The notes: a model not told the origin generated them from the letters alone. A stretch of DNA of 64,000 bases from Gemmatimonadota bacterium (GCA_039589195.1 JBDHHV010000019.1:1323-65322), one strand, 5' to 3'. Counted from the first letter of the stretch, positions 21,633-30,912 are shown. Program-made: numbers and translations.

Positions 21633-22337
21633 TCACCTATCGGTGTCCGGGTCGGGAGCCTGAAGCCGAGCGCGGGCCCTCCGTTCGCCCCTGAGTCGCT
21701 TGCGTGCCTGCCGGTCGCTCTCACCGGAAAGACGCTCCTTGATGTCCACACCGGCCATCATCGCGAAGCCGTTCACCTTGATGACCGGCGCTTCGGGATT
21801 CGGTGGCCGGCTCGGCTCCTCGACCCCGAATCCACCCATGATCGCCACTCCGTTGGACTCGACCCGCACCCCGGGCGGGACGATGATGTCGACACCACCC
21901 ATCAGCGAGATGACGGTCACCTGCGTGACGGGTGCGCCGAACTCGGCGTCCCGGAAGTCGAGCTCCGCGCCACCCATGATCGCCAGCACGGTCATCTGCC
22001 TGGGTGGCGTCCACCTACCCTTCCGCTCCACACCACCCATGACCGCCACGAGGAAGTCCCGCTCGCTGACGGGCCGTGTCGGGTCTACGACGACCTGCGT
22101 CCCGAGCGTCTCGGGCTCGGGCTTCGCCGGTGCCGGGCTCGGGTCCACGAGCGCGGGGAGATCGGACTCCAGCGCCACGAGCTCCGCCTGCTCTCGCGCG
22201 GCATAGGCGATGTCCAGACGGTGCTCGAACTCATCCACGCCGAGGTGGTCGCGCGCGAAATGCGTGCACAGCCGCTTCACGGCGCGCTCCCGCTCCTGAG
22301 GCGCGATCGGGTGGGCCGGGAGGTGTTCGTCGGTCAT
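21633..22337 (-). CDS. DUF1707 N-domain plus LiaF-like C-terminal repeat protein (cell-envelope stress family)
   Basis: N-terminal segment ...RERAVKRLCTHFARDHLGVDEFEHRLDIAYAA... Repeated ...AIMGG(A/F)ELDF... blocks. Start placed at the internal Met, MTDEHL. Confidence 0.6.
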   Translation of the reverse strand: MTDEHLPAHPIAPQERERAVKRLCTHFARDHLGVDEFEHRLDIAYAAREQAELVALESDLPALVDPSPAPAKPEPETLGTQVVVDPTRPVSERDFLVAVMGGVERKGRWTPPRQMTVLAIMGGAELDFRDAEFGAPVTQVTVISLMGGVDIIVPPGVRVESNGVAIMGGFGVEEPSRPPNPEAPVIKVNGFAMMAGVDIKERLSGESDRQARKRLRGERRARARLQAPDPDTDR

Positions 22338-22488
22338 CGATTCTGATTCTCTGCAAGCTCCCTCGACCGGGCAAGCCGGGATCCGCCTCGGTCCTGGAGC
22401 TTTGCCTCGGTCCGTTCGCAGCTTGCCCGGGATACGACCGCGCTTCAAAATACGTGTAGCAGTGTTGGCGCCCTAACGTGGACTCTTT

Positions 22489-22722
22489 GAAAGGAGGTGA
22501 TCCAGTGTCTGATGGGAGTAGACCGGGTCTAACTCGACATGGGCAAGCGATCGCCTCAGCGCAGGAGTAGCACACTACTCGGGAACGGTTGCGTTGAGTT
22601 GAGCACACGCTGACCTGATCAGGAGCGATCCCCAGCTGGGCATCGAGTCGAGTTAGGTCCGAACTGAACCCGACGGCCGCAGGCGCCAACCAAGCCTGCG
22701 GCCGTCTTGTTTTCAGAGCTTC
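22489..22722 (+). ncRNA. Candidate structured non-coding element upstream of dapF (small RNA or cis-acting leader). It begins with a perfect extended SD / anti-16S-3'-end complement and ends in an intrinsic terminator
   Basis: GAAAGGAGGTGATCCA at 22489-22504. A 14-bp long-range pairing joins GGGTCTAACTCGAC (22524-22537) to GTCGAGTTAGGTCC (22646-22659). Internal palindromes GCGATCGC, CCCAGCTGGG and CCTGATCAGG are present, and no ORF exceeds 24 codons. Confidence 0.35.
22675..22715 (+). terminator. Intrinsic terminator
   Basis: GGCCGCAGG-cgccaaccaagc-CCTGCGGCC (9-bp stem) followed by GTCTTGTTTTC. Lies 45 nt upstream of the dapF ATG. Confidence 0.7.
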
Positions 22723-22759
22723 GAACGCCGCGGGGATACCGGGGGAGGGTCCGGGGTTC

Positions 22760-23563
22760 ATGCCTCGTTTCAGCAAATACAGCGGCGCGGGGAACGACTT
22801 CGTGCTGATCCGGGCCGAAGAGATGGGCCTGGCCGATGTCACCGGGCTGGCTCGGAGGATTTGTCCCCGCGACACGGGCGTCGGCGTCGACGGCTTGATC
22901 CTGATCCGCAGCCTGTCCGACGACCACGTCCGACTGCGCTTCTTCAACCCGGACGGCTCCGAGTTCGGTACGTGTGGGAATGGAACTCGTTGCGCCGCCC
23001 GGTACGCCGTGGAGCGGGGCCTGGTGCCCGAGCCCGCCCTGACCCTGGTGACGGACGACGGCGAGATCGAGGCCCTTGTCGACCCGGCGGGTGTCGCTCT
23101 CGATTTCCGCATCGAAGCCGTCCTCGAGCGAGAGATCGAGGTGGAGGTCGATGGCGCCCGTCGGAAGGGGTGGGTGGTGCAGATCGGCACACCGCACCTG
23201 GTCGTCTTGCTCGAGACCGTCGACGTCGCCGATTTCGACGGGGTGTGCCGTCCGATCCGGGCGCACGCGGAGCTGGGCGCCAACGGGGCCAACGTGGATC
23301 TGGTCGAGCTCACCGGTGCCGATTCCGTCTTGATACGCACGTTCGAGCGTGGAGTCGAGGGGGAAACCCTGGCGTGTGGTAGCGGCGCCATGGCGACCGC
23401 CTTCGCGCTTCGCGCGGCTGGTCTCTCGAACCACCGGCTCGCCCTCGAGACAAGAAGCGGAGCCGGGCTCACCGTCGAGTTGCGTGATGCCGAGTCGGTC
23501 ATTCGACTTTCCGGGCCGGCTCATCACGTGTTTGACGGCGTCTACCCCGATACCACGGGGTGA
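22760..23563 (+). CDS. dapF: Diaminopimelate epimerase
   Basis: MPRFSKYSGAGNDFVLIR...GTCGNGTRCAARY...ACGSGAMAT, with both catalytic Cys motifs. Confidence 0.95.
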   Translation: MPRFSKYSGAGNDFVLIRAEEMGLADVTGLARRICPRDTGVGVDGLILIRSLSDDHVRLRFFNPDGSEFGTCGNGTRCAARYAVERGLVPEPALTLVTDDGEIEALVDPAGVALDFRIEAVLEREIEVEVDGARRKGWVVQIGTPHLVVLLETVDVADFDGVCRPIRAHAELGANGANVDLVELTGADSVLIRTFERGVEGETLACGSGAMATAFALRAAGLSNHRLALETRSGAGLTVELRDAESVIRLSGPAHHVFDGVYPDTTG

Positions 23564-24651
23564 CCGCGTCATCATCACCCTCCATACGACCGGGTCGAGC
23601 GGCTTCTCGCCTCCTCACCTGGTTCGAGAGCCGTGAGCGTGACGTGCCCTGGAGACAGGAACGGGACCCGTACCGGATCTGGGTCGCCGAGATCATGGCG
23701 CAGCAGACACGAATCGAGACGGTGCGCCCGTATTACGGTCGCTTTCTGGGCCGCTTCCCCGACGTGTTCGCGCTCGCCCGGGCCCCGTTGGACGATGTGC
23801 TCAAGTCGTGGGAAGGTCTCGGGTACTACGCCAGGGCGAGGAATCTTCACGCCGCGGCTCGGGAAGTGGCCGCGAGCTATGGGGGCGAGCTCCCCCCGGA
23901 CGCGCAGCGGCTGCGCCGGCTTCCCGGGATCGGACCGTACACGGCCGGCGCGATCGCGAGCATGGCGTTCGGGCTCCCGGAACCCGCCGTCGACGGCAAC
24001 GCCCGACGTGTTCTGTGTCGTCTGTTCGATCTTGACGCGCCCACGAGCGCGACCCTCGATGGTGCCGCCCGAGAGTTGCTCGCATCGTGCACCCGACCCG
24101 CGGAGCTCAACCAGGCCATCATGGATCTGGGTGGCGGGATCTGCGGGCCAAAGCGTCCCCGCTGTGGCGAGTGTCCGCTGGAGGACGATTGCCAGGCGCG
24201 GGAGCGTGGGACGGTGGCGGAGCGTCCCGCGCGGCGACCCCGGAGACCACTCCCCCATCAAGACGTCGCCGTGGGTGTGGTGTGGAAGGACGGCCGCCTC
24301 CTCATCGCTCGCCGACCCGAGGACGCACTCTTGGGTGGGCTGTGGGAATTCCCGGGCGGAAAGATCGAGCCGGGCGAGAGTCCTCCGGCCGCGGTGGAGC
24401 GCGAGTTGAAAGAGGAGCTGGAGGTCGAGGTGCATGTTCGCGACTTGATCGCGCGAGTCGAGCACGCGTACAGCCACTTCCGGGTCACCCTGCACGCGTA
24501 TCACGCCGACTGGGTGTCGGGTGAGCCGAGACTGCGGGCGGCTACCGCCTGGTTATGGGTCGACCCGAGCCGGTTGACGGAGTTCGCGTTCCCAAGGGGA
24601 AGTCAGCGGATTATCGCGCGTGTCTCAGGTACCGCCGACATCGCGGGGTAG
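23560..24651 (+). CDS. mutY: A/G-specific adenine DNA glycosylase
   Basis: HhH-GPD motif ...LPGIGPYTAGAIASMAF..., an Fe-S Cys cluster CGPKRPRCGECPLEDDC, and a C-terminal NUDIX-like domain. The GTG start overlaps the dapF stop (GTGA). Confidence 0.9.
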   Translation: MTASSSPSIRPGRAASRLLTWFESRERDVPWRQERDPYRIWVAEIMAQQTRIETVRPYYGRFLGRFPDVFALARAPLDDVLKSWEGLGYYARARNLHAAAREVAASYGGELPPDAQRLRRLPGIGPYTAGAIASMAFGLPEPAVDGNARRVLCRLFDLDAPTSATLDGAARELLASCTRPAELNQAIMDLGGGICGPKRPRCGECPLEDDCQARERGTVAERPARRPRRPLPHQDVAVGVVWKDGRLLIARRPEDALLGGLWEFPGGKIEPGESPPAAVERELKEELEVEVHVRDLIARVEHAYSHFRVTLHAYHADWVSGEPRLRAATAWLWVDPSRLTEFAFPRGSQRIIARVSGTADIAG

Positions 24652-25440
24652 CGCCACACCCAGCTCTCTCACGTGCTCCAGGTGGGCGCGGATCGAGAGG
24701 TCCGCGGCCTCGGCCAGGCGTGGATCGGGCAAGTCTCCATACACCGCCGCGCGGATCTCGGCCACGGTGCGAGCCCCCCGCGAGGTGATCGCCTCGACGA
24801 TCTCATGGTGCCGTTCCAGGCGATGATCCCTGTACTCCTCCAGCTTTTGCACCGCGTTCTCCACGGGCGGGCCGTGACCGGGACAAATCAGCTTCGGGGC
24901 AAGCTCGATGAGCCGGTTCAGGCTGGCCAGATAATCCCCGACCGAGCCGTCGGGGTGCGCGACCATGCTGCTTCCCTGACCCAGCACCAGGTCGCCCGTG
25001 AACAGCACCTCCGACGGGTGCCACAGGTAGCTCAGATGGTCACCGGAATGGCCGGGCGTGTGTAGCGCTTCGAGCGCCGTGCTCCCGGCATCCACCTGTA
25101 CGACATCCCCATCGTTCAGAGCGCGGCCATCGAGTGCCAATCGATCGAGCGTGTCGGCGGAGGCGGCGAGCCGTGCACCCAGCCGTGCCGCCAACTCCAT
25201 GGCTGCACCGGCGTGATCCGCGTGTGCATGCGTAAGACAGATCGCCACGAGCGAGCGACCCCCGACCGCCGATTGGAGAGCCTCGAGGTGTGCGTCGAGC
25301 CCGGGGCCCGGGTCGATCAGCGCGAGGTCGCTCTCTCCGACCAGATAGGAACACGTGCCATCGAGGGTGAGCGGCCCGGGGTTGTCGGCCCGTATCCGCT
25401 GGAGCGCCGGTCGGAGTCGAGCGGGTGCAGGCGAATTCAT
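24625..25440 (-). CDS. MBL-fold metallo-hydrolase (hydroxyacylglutathione hydrolase-like)
   Basis: LTHAHADHAG motif, HTPGHSGDH. The 3' end overlaps mutY convergently. Confidence 0.85.
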   Translation of the reverse strand: MNSPAPARLRPALQRIRADNPGPLTLDGTCSYLVGESDLALIDPGPGLDAHLEALQSAVGGRSLVAICLTHAHADHAGAAMELAARLGARLAASADTLDRLALDGRALNDGDVVQVDAGSTALEALHTPGHSGDHLSYLWHPSEVLFTGDLVLGQGSSMVAHPDGSVGDYLASLNRLIELAPKLICPGHGPPVENAVQKLEEYRDHRLERHHEIVEAITSRGARTVAEIRAAVYGDLPDPRLAEAADLSIRAHLEHVRELGVALPRDVGGT

Positions 25441-26285
25441 GGCGCCTCCTCATAGCCCGGATCTCCCGGCATCAGAGGAAGGAACCGGTCGCCGCGGACC
25501 TCCAGCTTGGCGAGGATAGGCTCGATCGGCCCCACCCGGAGGGACCCGAGCGCCGCTTCCAGCGTCTCGAAGCCGGCCAGGGTCTCGAGAGTTTTCCATG
25601 TCGGGTACAACATCGGGAGCTCACCCGTGCGAAGCCCCTCCAACGCCACCCGTGGAGAAAGCCATTCGTAGGCCGTGTGCTCATCGGTCAGCTCGGGCTC
25701 TGCGCCCGGATCGACCGCGAGAAAGAAGCGCGTGTCATAGCGCCGGGTCAGCTGCCGGGGGGTGATCCAGCGCGAGAAGTAGACCAGGTCGAGCTCACGA
25801 AAGGTGAGTCCCAGCTCGGTCACGATCTCGCTGAACTCGGCTTCGTTCGCGAGCAATCGGGCGCGGGCTCGAGCGAGTGCGGACCCCGTCTGCGGCGTAC
25901 TCCCCGCGAGCCCGTCGGCCGGAAGCAGGCCGGTCTCCTCGAACAGCTCCCTGAGGGCGGCCACCAGTGCCGGGCGCTCGGTGAGCGTGTGGTCGGGGTG
26001 CAGAATCCCCTCCCAGGCGGCGTCTCCGTCAGCTTCATCGACCACACCACCGGGGAACACATAGGCGCCGGCCGCGAAGCGCGCGGTGTCGGGTCGCCGC
26101 AGGAGCAGCACTTCGAAAGCGCCGACCGCGCTGCCGGACTTCGGGCCGCGGGCCGCCTCACGCGCCAGTACGATCGTGGCCGCGGCGCGCGGGTCCACGG
26201 GCTGCTCGCCGGAAGATATGTGGCCGCGCGCGAACTCCTGCCGCTCGATCTCCTCGACGCGTTCGGTCGGACCGTTTCCGGTCAT
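25437..26285 (-). CDS. NUDIX hydrolase
   Basis: Nudix box ...GGVVDEADGDAAWEGILHP...ALRELFEETGLL. Stop and start overlap the MBL gene (ATGA). Confidence 0.8.
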   Translation of the reverse strand: MTGNGPTERVEEIERQEFARGHISSGEQPVDPRAAATIVLAREAARGPKSGSAVGAFEVLLLRRPDTARFAAGAYVFPGGVVDEADGDAAWEGILHPDHTLTERPALVAALRELFEETGLLPADGLAGSTPQTGSALARARARLLANEAEFSEIVTELGLTFRELDLVYFSRWITPRQLTRRYDTRFFLAVDPGAEPELTDEHTAYEWLSPRVALEGLRTGELPMLYPTWKTLETLAGFETLEAALGSLRVGPIEPILAKLEVRGDRFLPLMPGDPGYEEAP

Positions 26286-26334
26286 GCGGTGGGTCGGTCC
26301 GTCACCCGCGGGTGGTCCCCGCGTCCTGACGCGG

Positions 26335-27081
26335 TCACCGAAGGTCTTGGAGAAGAAGCCCGCCTGCCGTCATCCACACGAGTGCCGCCAGAGACACCAT
26401 CAAGAGGAAGAGGAGCCCGAGCGGGACCATGACCACCGCTGCGGCTCGGCCTCCGGTCGTCCGGTGCGCAGCGCGGATCCCGATGATCTGCAGCACGACA
26501 CCCCAAACGAAGCCGACGAGCCCGCCGATGTACGGGATGACCGCCAGGACGGTCGGCCCGGCACTGTAGCACAGCACGCGAAGCGTAGCACCGAGCCCCC
26601 GGCGTGTGGGGACGATCATGAGCACGAAAAGCTGCAGGATCAGGCTCCAGAGCAGAAGCCCCAGCAGTCCAGCGAACGGACTCAGAAAGAACTGTGTGAG
26701 CGCCGACGACCCCCGGAGCTCGTCCGTCGCCTCCTCGAACAACGAGACCGGCTCCAGGCCGACTGCTTGCCACCACAGCGTGAACAGCGCCGCGACGACG
26801 GTCAGAAGCAGAAAGTACAGGAGCGGTCGGAGGGCAGGGGCCTCGTACGGGACGCCGCGGAAGAATCGTGTGGGCTCGAGGACGCTGTGGAGCCACGTTC
26901 GCAAGAGGTTCTGCGGGAAGGGGACCCCGGTGTCCTCCCACGGCGGCTGGCGCTCGGCGCTCGCTCGGGGCGTCGCGCGCGCCGAGCTCTCGTCGTCGGC
27001 TCCGCGCAGCGGTGTGCTGCATAGGGGGCAACGCTCGAGGCCCGCGCTCTCGTACCCGCAATGGGGACAGGTCGTCATCAC
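26335..27081 (-). CDS. Zinc-ribbon plus Yip1-like multi-pass membrane protein
   Basis: N-terminal CPHCGYESAGLERCPLCS, then five hydrophobic segments. Confidence 0.6.
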   Translation of the reverse strand: MMTTCPHCGYESAGLERCPLCSTPLRGADDESSARATPRASAERQPPWEDTGVPFPQNLLRTWLHSVLEPTRFFRGVPYEAPALRPLLYFLLLTVVAALFTLWWQAVGLEPVSLFEEATDELRGSSALTQFFLSPFAGLLGLLLWSLILQLFVLMIVPTRRGLGATLRVLCYSAGPTVLAVIPYIGGLVGFVWGVVLQIIGIRAAHRTTGGRAAAVVMVPLGLLFLLMVSLAALVWMTAGGLLLQDLR

Positions 27082-27133
27082 GAGGGTCCTTCGGGCAGCG
27101 GGTCGGAGCCTGCCCTCACGACCGAGAGCCGGA

Positions 27134-28243
27134 TCAGTCCAGCAGCCGTAGCGGCATCACCAGGCACAGATAGTCCGGCTGCCCGCTGGCGGGCGAGAAG
27201 GTCGCAGCCCGCTCCGGCGCCTTGAACGTGATGCGAATGTCCTCGTCGGACAGGTAACGGAGGATCTCGAGCAGGTACGTCGCGTTGAACCCGATCTCGA
27301 TCGCCTCCCCCCGATACTCCACCTGCAACTCATCCTCCGCCTCACCGAGGTCGGGCGTTTGCACCCGGAATTTCACGCCGCCTTCCTCGAAGCTGAGGCG
27401 AACCCGGTGCGTCTGATCGCTGGCCACCACCGCCATTCTTCGGATGGCCGCCTCGAACGCGGCGCGATTCGCGACCGCCTCCTTGTCGTTGTCCTTGGGG
27501 ATGACCTGGTCGTAGTTCGGGTACGGCCCTTCGATAAGACGGGTGTACACTACGCGGTCCGCGGAACGGAAGGCGAGGTGGTTGTCGGAACGCGCCAGTT
27601 CCAGCTCATCCTTCGCATCGTACAGCCGCTCGACCTGGTTCAGCGCCTTCGGTGGGATGATCAAGTCGGCTTCCGGAGCACCGCTGCCTTCGAGCGCCTG
27701 GCGCATCTTCGCCAGCCGATGGCCGTTCGTGGCGACCATCACGCTCCCGTCGGGTCCGAGTTGCCACAACACACCGTTCAGGATCGGGCGGCTTTCCTCG
27801 GTAGAAACGGCAAAGCTCGTATGCGATATGAGCTGCTGCAGATCACCGGCGGTCATCTTCCACGCTTCGGTGAAATCGACCTCCGGGAAGGTCGGGAATT
27901 CGTCTTCTGCCAAACCGTACAGCTTGAAACGGCTGCGGCCGCAGGCGAGCTGGACCTGGGTGCCGTCCGTCTCGATGTGTACCGGAGCATCCTCCAGCTC
28001 GCGAGCGATCTCGACGAGCTTCTTGGCAGGGACGGTCACGGCCCCTTCGGCTTCCACGTCCGCGGGCACCGATAACGATACGGAGATATCGAGGTCCGTA
28101 CCGCTCAATTGCAGGCTCTCACCGCTTGCCCGCATGAGGATGTTGGAGAGAACTGGCAACGTCGTGCGAGTGGGAATGGCTGCGGCCACGGCTCCCAGGC
28201 CGCTCCGCAGGTTCTCGCGAGTGATGGCAAATTTCATCTGCAC
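27134..28243 (-). CDS. dnaN: DNA polymerase III beta sliding clamp
   Basis: MQMKFAITRENLRSGLGAVAAAIPTRTTLPVLSNILMRASGESLQLSGTDLDISV..., 369 aa. Confidence 0.95.
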   Translation of the reverse strand: MQMKFAITRENLRSGLGAVAAAIPTRTTLPVLSNILMRASGESLQLSGTDLDISVSLSVPADVEAEGAVTVPAKKLVEIARELEDAPVHIETDGTQVQLACGRSRFKLYGLAEDEFPTFPEVDFTEAWKMTAGDLQQLISHTSFAVSTEESRPILNGVLWQLGPDGSVMVATNGHRLAKMRQALEGSGAPEADLIIPPKALNQVERLYDAKDELELARSDNHLAFRSADRVVYTRLIEGPYPNYDQVIPKDNDKEAVANRAAFEAAIRRMAVVASDQTHRVRLSFEEGGVKFRVQTPDLGEAEDELQVEYRGEAIEIGFNATYLLEILRYLSDEDIRITFKAPERAATFSPASGQPDYLCLVMPLRLLD

Positions 28244-28542
28244 TCCGGTGTCGTCCTACCCGGCGCTCGGCCGAGCTTCCGGACGGGCTTCAGGGTTTTC
28301 AAGGTCCGTCCTCTAAAGCGCTGTATGATATACGTAAGATCGTCGTAGTAGTAGGGTGTGTGAAGATGTGGATACGCTCCGGATCCCCGCAGCACATGGA
28401 GGCGGAAGGGCGAATCCGCCTGTGGAAACGATCGGGATGGACGTCGAAGCTCCGGGGGATACGCGAGCGAGACCTGGCACGAGTCCAGAATACTCCACAC
28501 CCTCCACGAGCTCTCAACAAGTTCCCCTGCGAGCACTTCAGC
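28244..28542. other. Candidate oriC in the dnaA-dnaN intergenic region
   Basis: A locally AT-rich tract at 28321-28355 (about 62% AT against about 32% background). DnaA-box-like 9-mers TGTGGATAC (28367-28375), TGTGGAAAC (28421-28429) and, on the reverse strand, TGTGGAGTA (28491-28499). Confidence 0.45.
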
Positions 28543-29919
28543 TCAGCGCTCGAAGAGCTCCTCCTGGAGACGGCGTACGCGAGACCGGAACGCCGCGTCG
28601 GCCGCCATGTCCGCTTCCACCTTGTTGACCGAGTGGATGACGGTGGAGTGATCTCGTCCACCGAACAGGCCGCCGATGTCGGAGTACGGCAGGTCCAGGT
28701 TCGTCTTGATCAGGTACATTGCGACCTGGCGCGGAACCGTCACGGTCCGATTCCGCCGCTTCGAAGTCAGCGCATCCACGGAGACACCCCAAACCTCGGC
28801 CGTCCGGTGCCGCACCTGCTCCGGTGAAGCGAGGACGATGGCCACTTCCTCTTCGCGGTCCGACCCTAGCGCGTCCCGCGCCATGTCGAGTGTTATGTCG
28901 CGCCGGGTCAGCGAGCTGAAGGCGAGCAGCTTGATGAGGGCGCCCTCGAGCTGTCGGACGGATGTCCGGCGATTACGGGCGACATATTCGATCACGTCAT
29001 CGTCGATCTGGAGTCCATCCTCGGCCGCCTTCTTTCGCAGGATGGCTGCTCGCGTCTCGAGGTCGGGCGGCTGGATATCCGTGACTAGGCCCCACTCGAA
29101 CCTGGAGACCAAACGCTCCTGAAGCCCGGGGATCTCGGGTGGGGGGCGGTCGCTGGTGATGACGATCTGCTTCTGAGCGTCATACAACGAGTTGAACGTG
29201 TGGAAGAACTCTTCCTGGGTCCCTTCCTTGTTCCCGATGAAGTGGACGTCGTCCACCAAAAGCACATCGATCCGGCGGTATCTCTCGCGGAAATGTGCCG
29301 TGCGCCCGCTCTGAATCGCCGCGATCATCTCGTTGGTGAATTGCTCGGAAGGGACGTAGGCGATCTCCTTCTCAGGGAGCCTCTCCCGTATCGAATGACC
29401 GATCGCGTGCATCAGGTGAGTCTTGCCGAGCCCGGTGCCACCCCAGATGAACAGCGGGTTGTACGCCGTCGCCGGGGCGCTGGCGACGCGCTGACAGGCG
29501 GCCGCCGCGAGCTGGTTGTTCCCGCCGATCACGAACCGGTCGAACTTGTATCGTTCGTTGAGGGCCGCAGCCGCCGCGGGGGGGCTGATCTCCATCTGCT
29601 CCGGGGCCGCCGCATCCGCTGGCGGCGCCGCTTCAGGCCCGATCTCGGGGAACTCGAGACGCTCGTCGGTGCCGTGGTGTTCGAACCGGAGTTGCAGCAC
29701 TCGGCCGAGTTGGCGCTCGGAGAGGTCACGTAGCAGCTGACCGTACTTATCCTCGATCCACTCGACGGCGAACTTGGTTGGGGCCGCCACGACGAGCGTA
29801 TCGTCCGACAGCGACACGGCCTCTGTCGAGGACAGCCACGTGCGGAACGTTTGCTCGGGAAGGACGCTCTTGGCGTCCGCCCGTATCCTGGTCCAGACTT
29901 CGCTCGCCGTCAGTTCCAT
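28543..29919 (-). CDS. dnaA: Chromosomal replication initiator DnaA
   Basis: AAA+ Walker A GGTGLGKTHL, and a C-terminal DnaA box-binding domain ...VAMYLIKTNLDLPYSDIGGLFGGRDHSTVIHS... Confidence 0.95.
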   Translation of the reverse strand: MELTASEVWTRIRADAKSVLPEQTFRTWLSSTEAVSLSDDTLVVAAPTKFAVEWIEDKYGQLLRDLSERQLGRVLQLRFEHHGTDERLEFPEIGPEAAPPADAAAPEQMEISPPAAAAALNERYKFDRFVIGGNNQLAAAACQRVASAPATAYNPLFIWGGTGLGKTHLMHAIGHSIRERLPEKEIAYVPSEQFTNEMIAAIQSGRTAHFRERYRRIDVLLVDDVHFIGNKEGTQEEFFHTFNSLYDAQKQIVITSDRPPPEIPGLQERLVSRFEWGLVTDIQPPDLETRAAILRKKAAEDGLQIDDDVIEYVARNRRTSVRQLEGALIKLLAFSSLTRRDITLDMARDALGSDREEEVAIVLASPEQVRHRTAEVWGVSVDALTSKRRNRTVTVPRQVAMYLIKTNLDLPYSDIGGLFGGRDHSTVIHSVNKVEADMAADAAFRSRVRRLQEELFER

Positions 29920-30102
29920 CGGCCGAGGTTGAAACGGTGGAGATCGAGACGGGGGGAATGATCTTAGAGACCCTGTCTGGGGACTGTCAAACGGGGCGAG
30001 GGACGAGCCCGGTCAGATTGACACTCCGCGAGGTTCCGTCTACACTAGTTGGCTCGATTCGGACATGGGTCCGCGCGTGGATTGGCGTGACAAGGAAGCT
30101 CG

Positions 30103-30276
30103 ATGGGCAAGCCCACATATCACAAGCCGACGAACCGGAAACGGGTCAAGGATCACGGATTCCGGGCCCGCATGAAGACCAAGGCGGGGCGGAAGGTCCT
30201 CTCGCGTCGTCGTCGTCGGGGACGTACCCGTCTGACGGTCAGTGACGATCTCCACCGCAAACGCCGGAGCCGCTGA
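30103..30276 (+). CDS. rpmH: 50S ribosomal protein L34
   Basis: Manual translation gives [46 protein letters not shown]..., 57 aa. It falls below the ORF-track length cutoff. SD AAGGAAG lies upstream. Confidence 0.85.
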   Translation: MGKPTYHKPTNRKRVKDHGFRARMKTKAGRKVLSRRRRRGRTRLTVSDDLHRKRRSR

Positions 30277-30655
30277 AGAGCCGTCGTCGCGGCAGCCCGG
30301 GGAACGCCTCCCTCGCTCATCGCGCGTTCGCCGCACCCGTGACATCCGACGCGTTCTTCGCACCGGCCGGCGTCTCCAGGGCAACATCGTGGATTTGTAC
30401 GCGGCAGCATCGGGGCGCGACGGCGCTCGCGTGGGCGTGATCGTGCCCCGCTTCGGCCGGTCGGCGGTGGCCCGCCAGCGAGTTCGACGGCGGCTGAGAG
30501 AAATCGCGCGACGAGAGTGGCTACCGCTCGCCCATCGAACCGGCACCAGCCTGGACCTCATCCTGAAGGCTCGACCGGCCGCCTACGAGAGCTCGTTCAA
30601 GCAGACTCGAGACACGCTTATCACTAGATTCGAATCACTATGCTCCGGAAATTGA
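30242..30655 (+). CDS. rnpA: Ribonuclease P protein component
   Basis: ...[22 protein letters not shown]...[24 protein letters not shown]... Start uncertain; it may overlap the rpmH 3' end. Confidence 0.8.
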   Translation: MTISTANAGAAEEPSSRQPGERLPRSSRVRRTRDIRRVLRTGRRLQGNIVDLYAAASGRDGARVGVIVPRFGRSAVARQRVRRRLREIARREWLPLAHRTGTSLDLILKARPAAYESSFKQTRDTLITRFESLCSGN

Positions 30656-30912
30656 TCATCGGCTTGATCCGCGCTTACCAGGCGGGGATCTCACCGTTGT
30701 TGCCGGCGACGTGTCGGTTCACGCCGAGCTGCTCGGAATACGCTCGCGTGGCGGTGGAGCGCTTCGGCGCGGGACGCGGCAGCTGGTTGGCCGTGCGCAG
30801 GCTGCTTCGCTGCCACCCGTTCGGGGGAGCCGGACTGGATCCGGTTCCCGACTCCGTCGGCCGTGATGACTGCCACTGTGCCGGCGGCCGAGCGCTGAGA
30901 GGGGACGTCTGA
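30640..30912 (+). CDS. yidD: Membrane protein insertion efficiency factor YidD
   Basis: ...AYQAGISPLLPATCRFTPSCSEYA...RCHPFGGAGLDPVP. Confidence 0.85.
   Translation: MLRKLIIGLIRAYQAGISPLLPATCRFTPSCSEYARVAVERFGAGRGSWLAVRRLLRCHPFGGAGLDPVPDSVGRDDCHCAGGRALRGDV

Noticed and set aside
22487-22504. Possible 16S rRNA fragment (17-nt identity to the 16S 3' terminus, minus strand)
   Set aside because: No further similarity to 16S immediately 5' of the match, no ITS or tRNA following it, and the window has no rRNA operon. It is interpreted instead as an extended SD or anti-SD mimic on the plus strand.
22440-22760. RNase P RNA, SRP RNA, 6S RNA, tmRNA, or a lysine or T-box leader in the dapF upstream gap
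   Set aside because: Short local resemblances exist (for example GAACUGAACCCGACGG against the RNase P P15-17 region). But the universally conserved cores (GGAAAGUCCGGGCUCC / AGGGAAAC for RNase P; GGAA-tetraloop helix 8 for SRP; tRNA-like ends for tmRNA; the L-box and T-box motifs) are absent, and the region is too short for RNase P.
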